Positions 11,545-25,534 are shown, numbered from the stretch's first letter. The stretch is 64,000 nt of DNA from Rhizaria sp. SCN 62-66 (GCA_001724265.1 MEDY01000183.1:1-64000), one strand, 5' to 3'. Numbers and translations are program-made. Notes: a model not told the origin generated them from the sequence alone.

Positions 11545-12774
11545 TACCACACAGAATCACACACGCGCGGCACGCGCGAATGCGCAGGCACAGCTGCACC
11601 ATCCCGCACACCCCACACACACCCACCAGCTTCAGTCAGTCGCCGTCACAGATATTCTTATCTCGGCTGCGGCGCCGATGGGCGTGACCGTGGGCAGCAT
11701 TAGCGCTGTTGCCGCCGTGCAGCACCGCGACCGACCGCCCCCGAGACGGCAAGAGCCAGAGATACACTCAACGAACGACACCGTGTAACAGAGCACAGTC
11801 CAACACGACACAACGTACAGCTCAGGACGCGGCGGGGGACAGCCAACAGTGCATAATGTCGCCCCGCCACCCCTGCAGCCGCTGCCGTCAATGCTACTGC
11901 CACTCTCAAGCCTAAGTTGTCACCCTGTATGTGGCACTGACACTCTCTCTCGTCTCGTCGTTCTCAGTACACTCATATCTGAGTCGGTCGCACCCCCCTT
12001 TTCATACTTTATGTAGCCCCCAACCCTCAAAAATCATTTTCTATTTTGACATAACAATAACAATTACAATATTAACGACGACAGCACAGCGCGCATCTCA
12101 GGATACCACCACCCGCATCTCGCAATAGCGCTTGTGTCTCGCACCCCGTTTGTTTCCCCTTTTTTCGTTTTACACATTTACATACTTCTTTCTTTCATTT
12201 AGCGCATAATAAGCATACATAATATCTATTATTAAATATGACTACGCTGGATTAGACGACATATCAACATATCTGTCGCGGGTTGTCGTGAAAATAAGCT
12301 CAACTTGCACTTTCACAGTAGCTTGCCTAGCTTGCCAAAGTTCCAGCTCGGCTGGGTCTGACGATGGAGGATTTTGACTGACTATCATGATACATTTGCA
12401 TCGTCAGCGTTGCTGATGCACCAATCACCAAATGAATTTTGTACCAGCATGTTTAAACATTTTGTTAAATTTCCTTGTCACTGATTTCTATACCCTTTCC
12501 GAGCTCTTCCGCCCTCACTGACATGCTTCTGCTCTTGCGTCACCCCTGTGACCCCGATTTCCATAGCACGGCTTCATCGTGCTTGATTTTTCAAACACAA
12601 GCAAGTCAGAGGACGCCCCACTATCTTGTCTGTTTTACAGGCAGAAATTTACCTGCTTAACACACACAGTAAGGCGCTAACGCCCGTTTTCAGCAGCTCC
12701 AGCTCGCTCCCTACTCTCTCCTCCCTCGGTCACGTGGCTCGCGCGCGCCCCGTCGCCCCGCCCCGCCCTTCGCG

Positions 12775-15700
12775 ATGCCGTCCTCGCTGCTGCGTCGCGC
12801 GGCGGGCCTGTTTGCGTTGCCGTCGCGCTACTGGGGCGCGGACCTGGACTCTTCGCGCTTCCCCGTCGTCTGCTGCGCGCTCGCGGCCGTCGTCGTAGTG
12901 CTGCATGTCGCGGGGCTCCTCTTCCCGCGCTGTCGGCGCCGCCTGCTCACGCACGCCGCGTTCGACTACCACGGTACGCTCTCATTTTTGGGCAGCAACG
13001 GTTTATCAGAGATCTGCGTGTATAATGCGCAGTCTTGACTCCAATTCATGAGGCATCTTTGCTAAGCTCTGGACATTATTCTGTCGTATTTTCACGCATA
13101 TTATGACAGTTTCTTGCGTCATTACGTCTCACTTTCCTTCTTGATGTCTTTTTTTGCTTCATCTGTTGCTTTTTTATCACAGCTTTAAAGGGCGACTACG
13201 ACCCCATCGTTCCGCCCTCGCTGACTCTCGACGACAGCGACGACGATGAGTGCGACGGCGCAAACGGTCGCGGTCCCGCCGGCCGCGGCCCCGCCCAGTC
13301 TGCGGTCATGTTCCCTGACCCACCCGCCATTGCCGACTCCCCGCCGGTGTATCTGTCGCGCACAGAGGCCCTGAGCAGCAGTAGCAGTAGCAGTAGTTGC
13401 AGCAGCAGCAACATCGGTTTGCTTTCTCCGCGCCGCACCACAAACAACGGCTTGCAGCCGCAGCCGCTGTCACAGCCTCGGACCAGCCACGGCCGCGACG
13501 CTGGCGCTCTTGCACCGGGTATTGTGGGCGATAGCGACTCGCTGGCGGACCGCGCTGCCGTGCTCGACATAAGCGCATCCGACTCGCTCCTCAACGCCAG
13601 CGCGCTCGAGCCCGTCAGCAGCTTCCCGTACTCCTACTCGAACATGAATGCCGCGTATCCGGGCTTTTTGCCGATCGGCGCCAGCAGCGTGCTTTACAGC
13701 ACCGCACTCACGCCCACCGACGGCGGCTACGGCGCGGGCGGCGCGGGCAGTCTCGGCGGCGGGCCGCTGGCGTCGGGGACGCTGAGCGCGCAGCCGAGTG
13801 TGGCGGCGAGCGGGGCTTAGTATAACAGCAGCGCGGGGCTCGACTTCGACTACTTAGACTACCAGAGGGACCCTTACGCGTACGCGCAGCGCTTGCAGCC
13901 ACAATCGAATTTGCAGCAGCAACAGCAGCAGGGTCCTTCGAGTGCTACCTCTGACGTTCCCGCTGTCGCCACTGAGAGTTCCTCATTGGTACCCGCCAAT
14001 AGCAGCGACATCAATACCAACAACGCTTCGGCGAGCCGCCACAACAACTGCGACCACAAACGCGGCAACTCGTGCCGCGACAACAGCAGCAGCAGCAGCG
14101 GCAGCAACGCCGACAGGCGCAGCCGCCGCTTCTCGATCCCCGCGGCCCACATCCACTCCCGGTCCGCCGCCGCTGCCCCGGGTCGCCCCGCCGCCGCGGC
14201 GGTCTGGCGCCGGCTGCCGTGGCTTGCGCTGGCGCTGCTGCTGAGGCCGTGGCACTGGCTGGGCGGACTGCTGCCGCGCGCGCTGCTCGCGCCGCTGATG
14301 CACACCGGCACGTTCCACCTTGTCTGCAACCTCTTCTCGCTCGCCGCACTCGCGCCGCTGGAGCTGGCGCTGCCGCACATCCTGCACACGCTCTCGCACG
14401 CGCTGTTCCCGGCCGCGCACGCCGCAAAGACAGCCGGTCTCACCGATAGTTCCAGCGCTACAGCGAGCATCAGCGCTAGTCCTAGCATTGGCGCGAGCAC
14501 AAACTCGACATCCACTGGCTCTGGCGCTGCCACGGGCTTGGCTGCCGCGGAATCCAGCCTCGTTGCTGCGCTGTTGGCCGCGATGGCGTATGTGCTGAGC
14601 ATGGTCAAACACCTCTTTGTCTCTATTGCGGCGTCTATGTCGACGCACTTGGCTCCGCCGCACTCCGTGCCGACGCCCGCGGCGCGCGCGCTACTGCCGC
14701 GCTCGATGCTGCTGGCACACTCGCAGTCGCTCTCAATCTTCCACTCGGCCCCGGCCGCGGACGCGCCGCCGCGCAGCGAGGCGCTGCCCTTTCTGTCGCC
14801 GTCGTCGCGGCTCGCGCACCTGCCATTCCTCTTCTCGCTGCTCTTCCTCGCCATCGCCGCCGCGCTTGTCCACTTCGCGCTGCTCGCCGCGGCCGCCGCG
14901 CTCGCCGCGGCCACTGCGCGCCGCCGCAAGGCGCTGCTGCCCGCCGCAGTGGCCGCGGCGCGCGCGCGCGCGGGCGCGGTCGCCGTCGCCGCCGCCGCGC
15001 TCGCTGCCGCCGCCAAGGAGCGGGCCGCCCTTATCACGGCCGCGGCGGCGGCGGACGTGGCCGCGGCCGTGGCCGCCGCCTCCGGCGCGACAGCGGCCCC
15101 CGCACGCTCGTCCGGAGTGCTGGGCTACAGCCCCAGCAGCGACGACGACGTCAGCGATGACGGCCGCGCCAGCGCCGGCCGCAGCCCCGCTGTCGCGGCC
15201 GCCAACGCCCGCGCCGGCGCCGGTGCCGCCGGTGCCGCTCTGGCTGAGCCGGTCTCGCCGTCGCTTTACGCTGAGGCCGCCGAGGCGCGCGCGGGGGCCG
15301 CGGCGTGGGCGGTCGCCAACGCCGCCGCCGCCGCCGCTGCCGCCACGAATGCGACGGGTGGCAGCGTTGGCTATAGCGGCGGCGGCGGCAGCGGTGGTAG
15401 AGCGGGGTTTTACGAGGAGCAAGAGGAGTCGAACCGCATGATGTTCCTGCCTCTGTCGCTGCCGCTGACGTACCAGCAGGCACAGGCAAAGGGCGCGCTT
15501 GCACAAACGTCGCCGCTGTCGCCGCCCTCAACAAGAAAGACGCCCGCGGGTGCGGCCGGCTACGGCTCGACCCAGGACGGCTCTGTTTCTGCAGCAGCAG
15601 CAACAACAACGGCGAAGACGGCCCCCGCGCTGGCGAACGGGGGCTCACGTAAACAGCACACGAGCTCGAACTCTGCCGACCACCGCGCCACCACTGCGGC

Positions 15701-18700
15701 CCGCAGCCAGACCAGCGCCGAGGCAGAGTCCGAGTCCGAGACGGAGTCGGTGCGGCCTGGGTCCGGCTCAGACTCCGACTCCGACTCAGCCTCTTCGGAT
15801 ACCGAGACGGAAACCGCGCTGCGTAACGCCATCGAGCCCGGCGGCCTAACTTTCCGCACCAGCGGCTTCGCCTCAACCACGGACGGCGTCCCCGCCGCCG
15901 CCGCCGCGGCGGCCGCGCACGCCGCGGGCCCGTCTCGCGCGCAGCTGCTGCGGGCGCACGGCCGCGTCTGGCTCTGCGCGGCGCGGCTCGTGCTCGCGCA
16001 ACTGCTGCTGGCGCTGTCATCGATGCTGCTGCGGCTGCGCTTCCGCGCGCTCACGCTCGTGCTCGGCCTGTGCTCCGCGACCTCGGCCACGGCGGCGACG
16101 GGCTCCATCGGGCTCTCGCCGCTCATCTTCGGACTCTACGCACTCTCGCACACCGCGCACGCGCTGCTGCGCGCAATCGCGCCCGCCACCCTTGGCGCCG
16201 CCGCCGCCGCGTCCGCCTCGGCCGCAGTCGCGCCCGCCGCAGCGGCGGCTGCGGCGGCCGCGGCGTCGGCCTTGTCGGCGCCGTCGCTGCTGGGCCGCCT
16301 GGCCGTGCCTTGGGTCGTCGTCGCGGCCACGCACGCGATGTCGCCGCTGCTCATGCTGCTCTGGCGGAGGGCGCGCGCCGCAGCCAGGGCCAGAGGGCTC
16401 GCCGCCTGCTGCTGCTGCTGCTGCGGCAGCAGCGGCGGCGGGGGCCGCCGCGCCAAGGCAGTCGCGGCGCGCGGGCGCGGCGTGGCCGCGACGGTGAATG
16501 GCACTGGCACTGGCAACGGCACTGGCGCTGGCGCTGGTGCTGGGGCCGTCGCTCAAGACGTGGGGCTTTGCTCCGATGGCAATGCCAACGCGAATGTTTT
16601 CGTCACAACAGGTCTTAACAGGGCGAGCAGTGTCAGCCTTGTCAACAACAACAACAACAGCAGTGCCAGCGCTGAAGGCGACGACGACGACGAATGTGCG
16701 GGCGCGCCGCTCAACGTGAGCGGCTTCAGCGCGATCAACCACGTGTCGGGCGTGCTGGCGGGCTACCTGCTCATGGTGCTGCCGCTGCTGCCGCCCGCGA
16801 CGACGGCGGCGGGCCTCGTCGCCTCCGCCGCGGCCGCGCCCGACGCCCGCGGCCGCGCGCGCGGACCCCCTCCGCTGCTGCCGCTCGCGATCGTCGCTGC
16901 TGCGGCGGGCTCGCTGCTGGCGGCCGCCGCGCTCGTCGCGGTCGCGCGGGCCGCCACCAGGGCCACTGCGGCCGCCACGGACGCCGCCGCGGACGCTGCG
17001 GACGCTGCTGCCGCCGGGGGCGGCAGCGATGGCACTGCTCCCGGCTTCGGCTCAAGCTCGTCCAATGCTGGCGCTGGTGCGGGGATTTATAAGAGCGCAC
17101 TTTCTCCGTTCTCCGCCGACTACAACGCCTACTATTACGACGGCGTCAGTTCCGCCACTCCCCACACCAGCAGCATGCACGCGATCAGCTACGACTTTGA
17201 CGGCTACGGTTACGGCGACGGCGGCGGCCCCAGCGGCGGCTTCGGCAACGACCGGCGCATCCCCGCGCCGCCCACTCTGTCCGCCGCGCCCTCGCTGGCC
17301 TCACAGTCGTCGGCGGCCTCGGAGCTGTACCGCTACGACAGCGGCTCGTACCCCCAGAGCGGCGGTGTCTACCCGTACGCGTACAACAGTTACACAAACA
17401 ATAGCGCGCTGGCTGCTGGCGCTGCCGGCCCTCGCGCTGGCGGCGGTGCTTTGGGCTCGGGAATCAACGGCTCCTCCGCAGAGCTCAGCGTTGCGGGCGC
17501 CGCAGCCGGCGTCTACAGCGCAGGCGGCAGCGCACGCCGCGGCGGCGGCCTATGGGCCCGCGTCCGCGGCGCCTGGCGCGGGCTCTGGCGCGGCGCCACT
17601 CAGCGTGCGCCGCTGACGGCCTTCTTCGCGCCGCCTCCGCCGTTGCCGCCGCTACCAGCGCTGCCGAGTCTGCCGAGTCTGCAGCTGCGGGCGCCCCCGA
17701 AGCGGCTGCCCGTGAGCGCTGGGGCTGTGAACTCCACTGCGAGTGCTGCCAATGGCGCCTTTTACGACTCGTACTCAGCGTACGACACGTACCAGGCCGG
17801 TGATAGCGCTTCCAACAGCAACAACAACCGCAGCACGGCCACCGACAGCGCAGCTGCTGCCGCTGCGTACGACTACTATTACGGCAGTCGGCGCCAGCGC
17901 CCGCGCAGCAGCAGCGGCGGCCACAGCTACGGCCACGGCCACGGCGCCTCCGATAGCGACAGCGACGCCGGTGACGCCTTCAGCGACGATGAGGAGGCCC
18001 TCGCGGTCGCGGACGCCGTGAACGCGGTCTCGTACAAGCTGGCGCACTTGCCCGTCACATTCGCGTTGCCTCCTCACTCGCACGCCAGTGCGTGCACAGT
18101 GAGCAGACGCCGGCTGCAGCAGGAGCGCGAGAAGGCGCGGAGGTACTTACACCGACTGGGGTACTTGCACGGCCGCGCCCACTTGCACGCCCTGCACATG
18201 GCCTCCGCGGCGGCCTCGGCCGAGACCGCGGTTGCGGCCGTCACCGCCGCCGCCGCGACGGCCGCCTCGACCGCGCGCGCGTTCGCCGCGGCGGCCACGG
18301 CCTCCGCCGCGGCGGCCGCGGCCGCTGTGGCCGCTGCGCGCGACGTGGGCGCGCTTTTCGCGGACTCTGACGAGCGCGCGCGGGCCGCAGCGGGCGAGGC
18401 GGCGGCAGCCACCGCGGTCGCTGCCGCGGCGACGACCGTGGCGGCGGCCGAGGTCGCGGAGGCCGTGGCCGAGGCCGCCGTGCGCAGCGCGCGTGGGGCG
18501 GACAGCGAGAAGGGCGCGGACAAGGGCAAGGCCAGGGGCAAGCGGCACCGCTGGTGGTCCCGGCTGCTCGGCTGCTTCAGTGGCGCTCGCTCTCGCGCCC
18601 CCACTGGTAGCGACGGGAGCAGCCGTGGCAGTGGCGAGGAGAGGCGGCTTGTGCGGAGCGGAGCCAGCTCGACTCGCAGCAGCCGGAGCAAGGTCCACGA

Positions 18701-21146
18701 CGGCGGCGACGGCGGCGCGCAGCACGGCTCCGGCGCCGGCGCTTACGCCCAGGACAGCGACAGCGATGGCAGCCGCCACTTCACGTCCCCTTCGTACGAC
18801 GCTGGCGTGAGCAGCAGCAGCTACTACAGCAGCCACTACGGCGGCGACCGCGCCGCCGAGCTCGACGCCGGCACTGACGTCGACGTCGACGCTGGCAGCG
18901 CAGACGGCTGCGCGCTGCTCTGGTGCTTCTGCCTCCGCCCGCGGGCCAAACTCCCCGTGTCTTTGACTCACAGCGCAGTCAACGCTGCGAGCGCGGCCCC
19001 GCCCCGCCCGCGGTTCCACCGGCCCTGCTGTCGCTTCCACCCCGCAAACCGCGGCGGCGACGGCGCTCTCGCGCCCGTCGCAAGCATGGCAGTGGGCGCT
19101 GCGACGTCGTACGGCTCGCTAGGGACTGTGAGCGGGAACATGAATATCGCCAAGCCGATTGACGGCGCTGGCGATGGCGACATTCGGCTGCCCAACGACC
19201 CGATCTATCGCAGCAGCCCCACCGTTGGTGGCGGCTACAAGCTCGAATCTGACTGCGACTGCGACAGCGAGACGAGTTCGGACACCGACTCCGACAACTA
19301 CAGTCGCAGCGAGAGCGACGCCGGCGGCGGCGACGGCGACGGCGACGACGCGAAGCACGACGACAGCGGAAAGAAGACTGTGAGTAAAAGATCTGCTGCT
19401 TTGAATCAAGCCACGCATCAAACGCAGGCCGCGTTCGAAAGTCAAGCCGCCCCTGGCCTCGCGGCGCGCGCGTGGCGGTGGTGCCGCGTATGGCTCCGCG
19501 CCTGGGGCCACTGCCGCTGCCCCCGCCGCGGCAGCAGCAACAGTCGTGGCAGCTTCAGTGACGACGATTACTTTGACGACGATGTCGACAGAGACGGTAT
19601 CTGCGGCTGCTTTGGCGCCTCGCATGACCTTCGCCCGCCGCTCAGCTCGCTCTCCCGCCACGGCGACTCGCACCTGAGCTCACTGCCGCAGGGCCAGGAC
19701 CAGGGCCAGGAGATGCGCGAGGTCGCGAGCGCGCAGCGGCGCGCGCGGCGCGAGAGGCGGCGGCAGCGGCGGCAGGCGCGGCGGCGCGCGCGCGAGCTGC
19801 GCTGGGCGCGCGAGCGGCAGCTCTGGCGCCAGCAGCAGCGCGACGGCACGACTGACGTCACCCCCGGCGGCACCCTCAGCGGCGCCACCGCCTGCGGCGC
19901 CGTCACGTGCGCCGGCGGTGGCGCGGCCTCCGGCGTCGCTGCCGATTTCGCCGCCGCTGCTGCGGGCGCGGGCGCTCCCACCTGCACGCACAGCGCAGGT
20001 GCCGGCGCCGGCAGCGGCGGCAGCGGCGGCATTGTGCAAGGCAAGGGCGTGGGCGTGGCGCTGGCGATGGGGCTGGGCATGGGCATGATGCCGCCGCAGC
20101 CGCAGCAACACATGCAGTCACCGTCCACGTCGACGAGGTTGCAGTCCCAGTCGCAGGCGCCGATTGCCGCTTCGAGCAACACGTCGCAACAGCCGAGGCT
20201 CGACGCGACTGGCGCTGCCGTGGACGCGACAGCTGCCGACTCTACGCCCGCGTTTGCGTCATCCGCGTCTGGAGTGGGTCAGAGTAAGGCCGCTGGCGGC
20301 TTTTCAGCGTTCGGCCTCGGCGCCGGCATGGGCTTTGCGCCCGCGCTTGCGCAAGGCCGCTTCCCGCAGCCCAAGTCCCAGTCGCAGGTGCAACCGCCGA
20401 CGGAGCCGCAGTCAGAGGCTCTGTGGGCGCCGAAGCTGCTCGCCGTCACCCCGCCGACAGTGCTGCCCTCAGTCGGCGTCAACAGCGCAGCCGCCACGGC
20501 CGTTGGCGGCCGCTCTGCGGAGGTGGCCGCGCCTGCCGCTGTTGTAATCGCCCCTCTGACCGCGCCGGGGGCTGCTTCCACGCCAAAGCCCGCGCCCGCG
20601 CCTGTTGGCGTCGCGACGCCCCTGGTCGGCGTCGGCCTCGGCCTCGGGCTCGGGCTGGGGCTAGGCCCCGGCTTCGGCTTGGATAACCTCGACGACCTCG
20701 ACAATATGGACCGTATCGACGGGCTAGCCGGCCTCAACGTTTCCGGAGTGACGCCCGCGACAGCGTTTACGGCACCTGCGCCCGCGACGGGAGCCGAGCT
20801 CGCTACCGGGGCTGTCCTCGGGCTTGGCGCAGGACCAGGGTCGGGCTTCGTTATTGAGCCGCCGATTCAGACCCAGCCACCGCATCAGGTCGGTTTCGGC
20901 CTCGGACGGGGGGTTCCGGCTAACGCGGGCGCGGGCGCAGATGCGGGCGCGGATGCGGGGATCGGCGACGACATGCTGAGCTCGCCGTATCCGATGCAGT
21001 CGCCGCACGTGTACGGGCCTTTCGAGCGGCTGCAGCTGCAACACGAGCAGGAGCTGCAGCAACAGCAGGAACGGCATATGCGACACATGCAGTTGCTGCA
21101 GCTCCAACAACAACAGCAGCATCAACAACAGCCAAGGAGGCCATAA
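12775..21146 (+). CDS. Giant rhomboid-superfamily membrane protein (RHBDL4/RBL-like motifs), ~2,720 aa; exons 12775-12973, 13183-21146; one in-frame TAG at 13818-13820
   Basis: TM1-like FPVVCCALAAVVVVLHV in exon 1. Phase-1 intron GTACGC..ACAG joins to the frame shared by ORFs 13308-13820 and 13893-21146. Rhomboid motifs HTGTFHLVCN (14301-14330), GSIGLSPLIFGL (Ser 16116-16118), VPWVVV, SAINHVSGVLAGYLL (His 16740-16742). Ends TAA. Confidence 0.75.
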
Positions 21147-21644
21147 GTTCTAACCGTACTGTATCTTGGTTTGATTGGGACTGTGTCCCTTTTTGTGTAT
21201 ATTTAGCTTGTTTATTTAGCTTTTGATGTTATTTAACTTTGCTTATGCAACCCTGTGTGCGTGTCAACATGCTGGGGTTTTTCGCACGAGTATATAAAGA
21301 ATTTCCATATTTTCACTTGAAGTCGTTCATTTAAGAGACAAAACCATGTCATGTTACAAAATTGATCACATCGCGCTTGATTAAGATCGTAAAGTGTCGG
21401 TAATTCTCGTTCTTGCGCCATTTTGTGGTGCGAGCCTGGAGCTGATGACTTGGCTGGGAGCACGCTTTTTTCATTTGAAACTGCAGAGCAAAATCGTCGT
21501 TAAACGGAGTCTCGTTCAAATATCTTACACAAACCTGCTATTTACAATTGGACGTCTTGTTAGCACTGCATTTGCTTTTGCCTTATTGACAGCTGACATC
21601 ATAATAGGGTCCGCGCTGCTGCGTGTGTCATTACCATCTCAACC

Positions 21645-24600
21645 ATGCTCTCAAGCTCTGACAACAACGGTACGCAATCTCCACCAGTCAAAATTTCCAT
21701 AAAGCTCATATGGATAGACATTTAAACCCTTATTCTTACACTCATTTTGTCTTTCGCTTTGTTTTCATCGCAGGGTCAGGATCTGCAGCAAAGGCCACCC
21801 AGCCTCCTCCTCTGACGCTTCCCATCACCCCTGCAGTCGCTACCGCCCCCGCCGCAACCACAGCTGCGGCGCCCGGCATGCCGCAGCTTCCCTACGGCAT
21901 TGCGCCGCAGTTTCCCGCCCCCGCCGCTGACGCTGCGCCCATGGACGACTTCTACAGCCTCCAGCAGCGCGCGTCCCAGGTATTCTCCGTCGCTCCCCAA
22001 CAACATCAGCAAGTCGCCGGGCCCGTGGCAGCCTCGGGCGGCGCCGCTGCTGCTGCAGCTCGTATGGTCCCCTTCAGTCTACCGGCGCACGCCGCACACG
22101 CAGCGCAGACGGCGCACGGCCACGGCCATGCCCAGTCTCACAGCCACCCTCATGGCCAGAGTCACGGCCACGGCCACGGTCAGAGTCAAGGGCAGGGTGG
22201 CCCCACAGGGCACATCGCAGGCATAATGTCTGCCTCGGCTCCTATCTCCGGCGCCGCGGCCGCCGCCCCTGGCGCTGTCCCCGGCGTTAGCGGCGCCTCG
22301 GCGCTGCTGTACAGCCTCGTGTCCCCCCTCAACGCCGCGCCGACGCAGGTGCCGATGGGCGCGGCCCACACGAGCGCTGCCGCGGCGGCGGCGACCTCGG
22401 GCCAGGTCTCCGCAGACGCCATCGCAGCCGTGGCCGCGGCGGCCGCGGCCGTCACCAACGCGGCGCTGGCTGCGAGCGCCACAGCGAACCCACCGTCGAA
22501 TCCCTTGGCGAACGCGGCAGTCAACGCGGCGATGAACCCGATGGTGAGCGCGGCTGCGCGGCGGTTGGGCGTGCCGGCGGTTGCGGGCGCGGGAATGCAG
22601 GCGGCGCCGGTCGCCGCACACGGGGCCGCTGGCGCCAACCACACAATGGGCATTGCCATTAGCAACAAGAGTCTGACGCCGAGCCAGAGCCAGGCCCAGG
22701 CCCAGCAGAGCCAGAGCCAGAGCCGGGGTGTCGCCGGCGTCGTCACTGGGCTCGGCCCGGCGGCTCCCGCCGCGGGATCCGTTGCAGGCAAGGGCAAAGC
22801 AGCTGCAAACGCTGTGCACGCGCCCGCTGTCGCCTCCGCTTCAGGCCCAACCCCTGCTTTTGTAACGGCGACTGCGGCGCCTTCCCAGAATCCCGGCCGC
22901 GGCCCTAGAGCGGCCCGCAGCAGCAGCAGCAGAAGCGGCAGCAGCAACAGCAGCAACAGCGATGCGAACACGATCGCGTCCATCACGGCCGCCTCCGCCG
23001 CCGCGGCTGCTGCCGCTGCCGCTGCCGTCGCCGGGGCCGCGGGCAGCAACTTCACTAGCGACGCGGACGCCGTCGCCGAGGCTGCGAAGTTAGGCCGCGA
23101 CGCGCAGCGGCCGCGGGTGCCGGCCAAGCGTCCCGGCCCCGCCAGCACCGTGCACGGCGCCGCGAGCGCTCCCGGCGACGGCGGCGACTTCGGCGGCCAC
23201 GGCCACGGCCGCGGCGACGGCGACGGCGACGGCGGCGGCGACGGCGGCGAAGCCACGCTGTCCCCCAAGTCTGCAGCCATCACCGTCGCCGCTGCGGCGG
23301 CGGCGGCGCTCGCGGCGGCCGGCATTGGCGGCAACGGCAACGGCATCGGCATCGGCGTCAGCGGCAACGGCGGCGGCGGCGGCGGCGGCGACGCCCCCGG
23401 GCTCGGCGGCACCGCGGGCGCAGCGCTGGGCGTGAGCGGTGCGCTCGGGCTCGCCGGCCTGGGGCTGGGCGGCTTGGGGCTGGGCGGCTTAGGGCCGGGC
23501 GCGCTAGCGCTCGGCCCGGCCGACACCGCGGCGGCCAACGCGGCGGCAGCCAGTGCGGCGGCGGCGGCCGGGGCTGCTAAGAAGCGGCGCGCCACCGCCA
23601 GCGCCCGCCGCGTCGCCCCAGGCACCGCCGCTGACGTCGACGATGTTGGCGCACGCGCTGGCGCAGGCGCGGAGGACGCTGGCGCCGACCTCGGCGGCGC
23701 TGCTGACCCTATGGCCTCCGCCGTCCTGACCGCTGCCGCCGTCGCCGCGGCTGCCCGCCTGGCGCTGCCTGACCCCGCGGCGGCCGTGGCGCCTGCGCTG
23801 CTCGGACGCGACCGCGGTCGTGGCCGCGGCCGCGTCGGGGCCAGTGCGGAGCCCGCTGGCGCCGGCACCGAGGCTGCTGATGCGGCCGCTGCTGCTGCTG
23901 CAGCGAAGCCGCGGCGGCGCATCGGCCGCCCCCCCGTGGTGCGGAGCGCCGTCAGCGCTGCGCCCTCCGCGGACGCGGCCGACGCGGCAGCAGTATCAGC
24001 AGCGGCTGCGGCGGCGGCCGCGGCTGCAGCGGCCGGTGCGGGCGCAACAGGTGTAAGTGCAGGCGCAGGTGCAGGCCTCGGCCAAACCTCCCTGCAGACG
24101 GCCGATGTGAGTGCCCGCCCGCGCAGCACCGCGGGCGGCCCCGCTGTCGCCGCCGCTGCAGCTGCCGCTGCCGCCGCCGCCGCCGCAGCAGCAGCCGCAG
24201 CAACCGCCCCGGGCACTCTCATCTCTCGCCCCAACCCAGTCGCTGGCTCCGGCGCTAACGCTGGCGCTGGCGCGGTCTCCGGCGCTGCTGTTGGCGCAAT
24301 ACCCGCGCCCGCGCCCGCGACCGTGGTTGCGCATGCTGCTGCTGGGGTCCTCGTGGCGGATCCCGAGGCGCAGGTGCTGGTCGGCGACATGTCCCCCGAG
24401 GAGGTCGAGGAGGCGCTGGCGCAGGAGCGCGCGCTATACGCGGCGCGCGCGGCCTCGACGGCGCGCACGAACCCGTTCGAGGACCCGGTGCCCGCGCCGC
24501 TGAGCGCCAAGCACGCGGGCGAGAGCGAGGCAGCTTTGAGGCTGCGCTGGGCGCGGCGCCTGCGGCAGCACTCCGAGTACGCGCGCGCGACGCGGGTGCA

Positions 24601-25534
24601 GAAGCAGGCGCGGCGCCGCGCGTTTATCGCCAGGAACCCCGATCTGCTCAAGACGTACAACCAGCGCACCAGGGACAAGGCCAAGGAGCGCGCGGCGGCC
24701 ATGGCGCTCGCGCTCGCGGCCGGCGACCTCGACGTCGGGGTCGTCATCGAGGCCGCGGCGGCCGCGGCGGCCGCTGCGGGGGCTGCTGGCGGCGCTGCCG
24801 AGCCCGACGCCGGCGACGCAGTTGGTGAGGTTGGCGCAGGCGCTGGTTTGGGCACTGTGGCGCGCGTGGGCGCGCGCAAGGGCGCCCGCGGCGACGCTGG
24901 CGTCCGCAGCGACGGCGCTGCCGGTGGCGGGGCCAGTGCGCGTGCGCGCCCAATGGTCGACGGCGACGACGCCGCACGCGACGACGGCGACGACATTGCC
25001 AGCGCGAGCGCGAGCGCGAGCGCGAGTGCGGCCGCGAGCGAGCGGAAGCGGCGGGCGCGCGAGACCAAGGGCAAGCAGAACAGGCCCGTCTACGTCTACG
25101 ACGGCGTCTCTGGCGCTGCGTCTGCGTCTAATCCCGCCACAGCCGCCGCCGCGGCTGCGGCTGCGGCGGTCGCTGCGCTTGCGGCTGCGGCTGCCGCGGC
25201 CTCGAACAACAATAACGACGGCCGCGACGCCAAGCTCGCTGCTGTCAAGAGTGAGCCCAAGTTCGTGGCGAAGCCGGCCGCCGCAGCCGCGACTCCGATT
25301 GTGGCCGTGTCGAAGGTCGTTGCGAGGGGTGCTATGAAACCCAACGCCCCCGCAGCGATCACAGGCGCCGCCACTGGCGCAGGCGTGTTGCAGGGTGGCC
25401 ACACCGCCGCTGCAGCGCTCAAGACGCCAACAGGTGTGGGCCGGCTGCAGACGGCGGAGGACGACACAATAGCAGCCGCCGCCGCGGCCGCTGCTGCTTC
25501 CGTCGCCGGCGCAGCGCCCGCCACAAGGCTCTGA
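21645..25534 (+). CDS. Uncharacterised Ala/Gly-rich, probably nuclear protein, ~1,261 aa; exons 21645-21669, 21774-25534
   Basis: ATG micro-exon plus a 104-nt GTACGC..GCAG intron joins in frame to the long ORF. Basic motifs KKRR, AT-hook-like RRRIGRPP and a basic helical segment LRLRWARRLRQHSEYARATRVQKQARRR. Ends TGA. Confidence 0.75.

Noticed and set aside
22186-25074. Long antisense and alternative-frame ORFs (e.g. 22186-25074, 7302-9296, 5051-6265, 50901-52085)
   Set aside because: Shadow ORFs expected from very high GC3 and GCN-rich coding. They have no motifs and overlap well-supported genes.
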